From a virus (taxonomy: Duplodnaviria; Caudoviricetes): a DNA stretch of 25,585 bases. Shown piece after piece: positions 23,588 through 25,585 of this stretch (position 1 is its first letter; each line of letters begins with the position of its first letter). A model generated the notes under the pieces. It had not been told where the DNA came from and did not search any database. It saw only the letters and a list, made by a program, of their open reading frames with translations. A program made the translations under genes and the position numbers. Where the stretch lies: IMG/VR virus record IMGVR_UViG_3300020044_001386, positions 1 to 25,585 of that record; one strand, written 5' to 3'.

Positions 23588-25156
23588 TCAATAATACTTA
23601 CTGCCGCCGGAGTGCCGTTTCGTTTTGAAGTATCGTACTTCCTCGGCCTCATCATCCGGTAAGCGAATAAACCCACCCGCTCTGAAGCGCATGAGCGCCA
23701 TCACGGTAGAGTCAACCAAGTCGTCGTTTGCAGCGAATGGGAATGCAGCGATCTCTTCGACCAACTCCTCTGCCCAACGTGTTTCTGGCACCCACACCAG
23801 CCCTGATCGGATGATGTCGGCAACGGAGTTCAGACGCGCTGTCTTGTCGCCCGTGCCCCTGTGCGGGGTGAACTCTTGCACAGGTATACCTGTGCGGCGA
23901 ATTTCTTGGTACAACTGCGTGCCCGAGGACTTCTTTTCCACGATGAACGCATCTGGCTCCCACTCTTTCCACTCGGAGTAGCACAGCTTCTTGAGTTCAG
24001 GAAACTCCACACGCCGCTTGATAGAGTTGAGCAGGATGATGTTGTACCTGTCCTCTTCCTCGTTGAGGAACACACCCCACGTGGTGAGCGCCGTAAAGTC
24101 GGCCCTGTTGTGCGCTTCTGCCGCAGAGTCCAGCGACATGATGATGTACTCGCACTCCGGTGGGTCTTCCTCTTTCCAGAAGTTCCACCACTCGCGCTTG
24201 ACGATGGCAGCTTCTTCAGCGGTCGGGTTCTGCTGGTACTGCGCGTTCCACTGGAACAGCGGCATCGAAGCCTTGGTTCTCAGCAGCGCCTTCATGTCGA
24301 AGAACTCAGGCCACAGCGGTTTCTGGATGATGGAGCCGTCAGGCTGGTCGATGTCAAGGATGGCAGGGAACTCGATCACTTCGTACTGATCAGCGCCCTC
24401 GTTTTGTCCCATGTCCTTGACCACGCGCCCAGTCAAGTCGTTCAGGTGCCAACGTGTTTGGATGATCGCTACGCGACCACCGGGCATCAGACGTGTACGG
24501 GCACCGTAGGCGAACCACTCGTACGCTTTGTCGAACACTTCAAAGTTGCCGTTCAGCACGTCCTGCTCGGAGTGCGGGTCGTCAATCAGCAGCAAGTCAG
24601 CACCACGACCAGCGATTGAGCTACCGATACCGCAAGCAAAATACTCGCCGCCCACGTTCGTGTTCCAGCGCCCAGCCGACTTGGAGTCAGCCGCAAGGTT
24701 GACTGTTGGGAAAATTTGACGGTACGCATCGGTGTCGATGATGTTTCGCACCTTTCGACCAAAGTCCACCGCGAGGTCTGTGGTGTGGGACACCATCATG
24801 ACCTTCTTGTCTGGGTGCCTGCCGATGAACCACGCTGGGAAGTAGATCGACACAAGCTGGCTCTTGCCGTGGCGCGGCGGTATGTTCACGCACAGGCGGT
24901 CTTTCTGACCCTCGGCAATCTGCATGAGCAGGTCGCCCAAGATGCGGTGGTGTTTTCCAACCTTGTAGTCGGGCTGCATGTGCTTGCAGAACTCAATCAG
25001 GTCATCGTAGCAAGCAGCTACGTGGCGTCTGTCTGCCAGCGCGTTTGCCGCAGCCACAATTTCTGCACGTTCTTCTGGGTCAAACTGCTCAATATGCTCG
25101 ACCATGAAGTCGATTTCTTCATCTGAGAGGTCGTCTAAAACGGCAGTTTGGGTCAT
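23588..25156 (-). CDS. terL: Terminase large subunit
   Basis: Walker A PPRHGKS, Walker B LLIDDP, coupling motif IQTRW, nuclease acidic residues SLDS, IVEKKSSG and DDLVDS. Confidence 0.95.
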   Translation of the reverse strand: MTQTAVLDDLSDEEIDFMVEHIEQFDPEERAEIVAAANALADRRHVAACYDDLIEFCKHMQPDYKVGKHHRILGDLLMQIAEGQKDRLCVNIPPRHGKSQLVSIYFPAWFIGRHPDKKVMMVSHTTDLAVDFGRKVRNIIDTDAYRQIFPTVNLAADSKSAGRWNTNVGGEYFACGIGSSIAGRGADLLLIDDPHSEQDVLNGNFEVFDKAYEWFAYGARTRLMPGGRVAIIQTRWHLNDLTGRVVKDMGQNEGADQYEVIEFPAILDIDQPDGSIIQKPLWPEFFDMKALLRTKASMPLFQWNAQYQQNPTAEEAAIVKREWWNFWKEEDPPECEYIIMSLDSAAEAHNRADFTALTTWGVFLNEEEDRYNIILLNSIKRRVEFPELKKLCYSEWKEWEPDAFIVEKKSSGTQLYQEIRRTGIPVQEFTPHRGTGDKTARLNSVADIIRSGLVWVPETRWAEELVEEIAAFPFAANDDLVDSTVMALMRFRAGGFIRLPDDEAEEVRYFKTKRHSGGSKYY

Positions 25157-25208
25157 TTTTCGCCCTCGTCTACCAAATCTAATTGCATATTATTGCTCCA
25201 AAGGGTTT

Positions 25209-25235
25209 AAAAAACCCCAGCCTTTTGGCTGGGGT
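25209..25235 (-). terminator. Intrinsic terminator after the upstream partial gene
   Basis: Minus strand ACCCCAGCC-AAAA-GGCTGGGGT then TTTTT; 13 nt after the stop at 25249. Confidence 0.85.
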
Positions 25236-25248
25236 CTTAGGTGCTCGA

Positions 25249-25585
25249 TTACAGAGCAGGCATCATGCCTTGTGCAGTGCGGATGCGCTTGACAACTTCT
25301 GCCACATCAAATGTGGGGCTTTCCAACTTCTGCAATTTGGCAATTGCTTTGTCCATGTCAGCATGGATGCGTTGGACTGCCGTCTTAGGCGCTTCTGCTT
25401 CCCCGTCCTGCTCTGCCTTTTCTGCTTTGGCAATGTGCGACTGAATCAGTGAGAGACGCGCACCTATTTTCTGTTGCACTTCTTTTTTGTCTTCCTTGCT
25501 AGGTGACTTGTCACCCTGCTTCTGGTCACTGCGCTTTGGCAATGCTTTGGTGTCCAAAGCCAGCAAAGCCTTTTCAGACTCACTG
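25249..25585 (-). CDS. Partial (5' end outside window) helical hypothetical protein
   Basis: The frame stays open to the window edge (...SESEKALLALDTKAL...), so the TTG start at 25566 is probably not the real start; followed by a terminator. Confidence 0.65.
   Translation of the reverse strand, partial: SESEKALLALDTKALPKRSDQKQGDKSPSKEDKKEVQQKIGARLSLIQSHIAKAEKAEQDGEAEAPKTAVQRIHADMDKAIAKLQKLESPTFDVAEVVKRIRTAQGMMPAL

Overview
A 25.6-kb stretch of a tailed dsDNA phage (Caudoviricetes) genome, or a prophage; no integration or host genes are visible. Every credible gene lies on the minus strand, tightly packed and often translationally coupled. In transcription order (right to left): a partial upstream gene and terminator, large terminase, portal, GroES-like co-chaperonin, scaffold, a probable cement protein, Mu-gpT-like major capsid protein, a terminator, a compact structured leader, an array of small Lys/Gly-rich proteins sharing xxGG motifs, two adaptor-like proteins, tail and fibre genes, a gp38-like polyglycine adhesin, a cupin plus membrane fatty-acid-desaturase cassette, holin and GH24 endolysin, a nozzle-like tail protein, a GNAT-like gene and the start of a probable ejection protein. 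No tape measure or sheath gene is seen, so a short-tailed (podovirus-like) virion is inferred. The most interesting signals are (1) a ~70-nt three-helix kissing-loop/double-pseudoknot element abutting an RBS just after the capsid terminator, (2) the family of small basic proteins with shared GG-bounded leader and tail modules, and (3) the desaturase/cupin cassette coupled to the adhesin. All functional calls come from motif recognition and gene order; no database searches were run.
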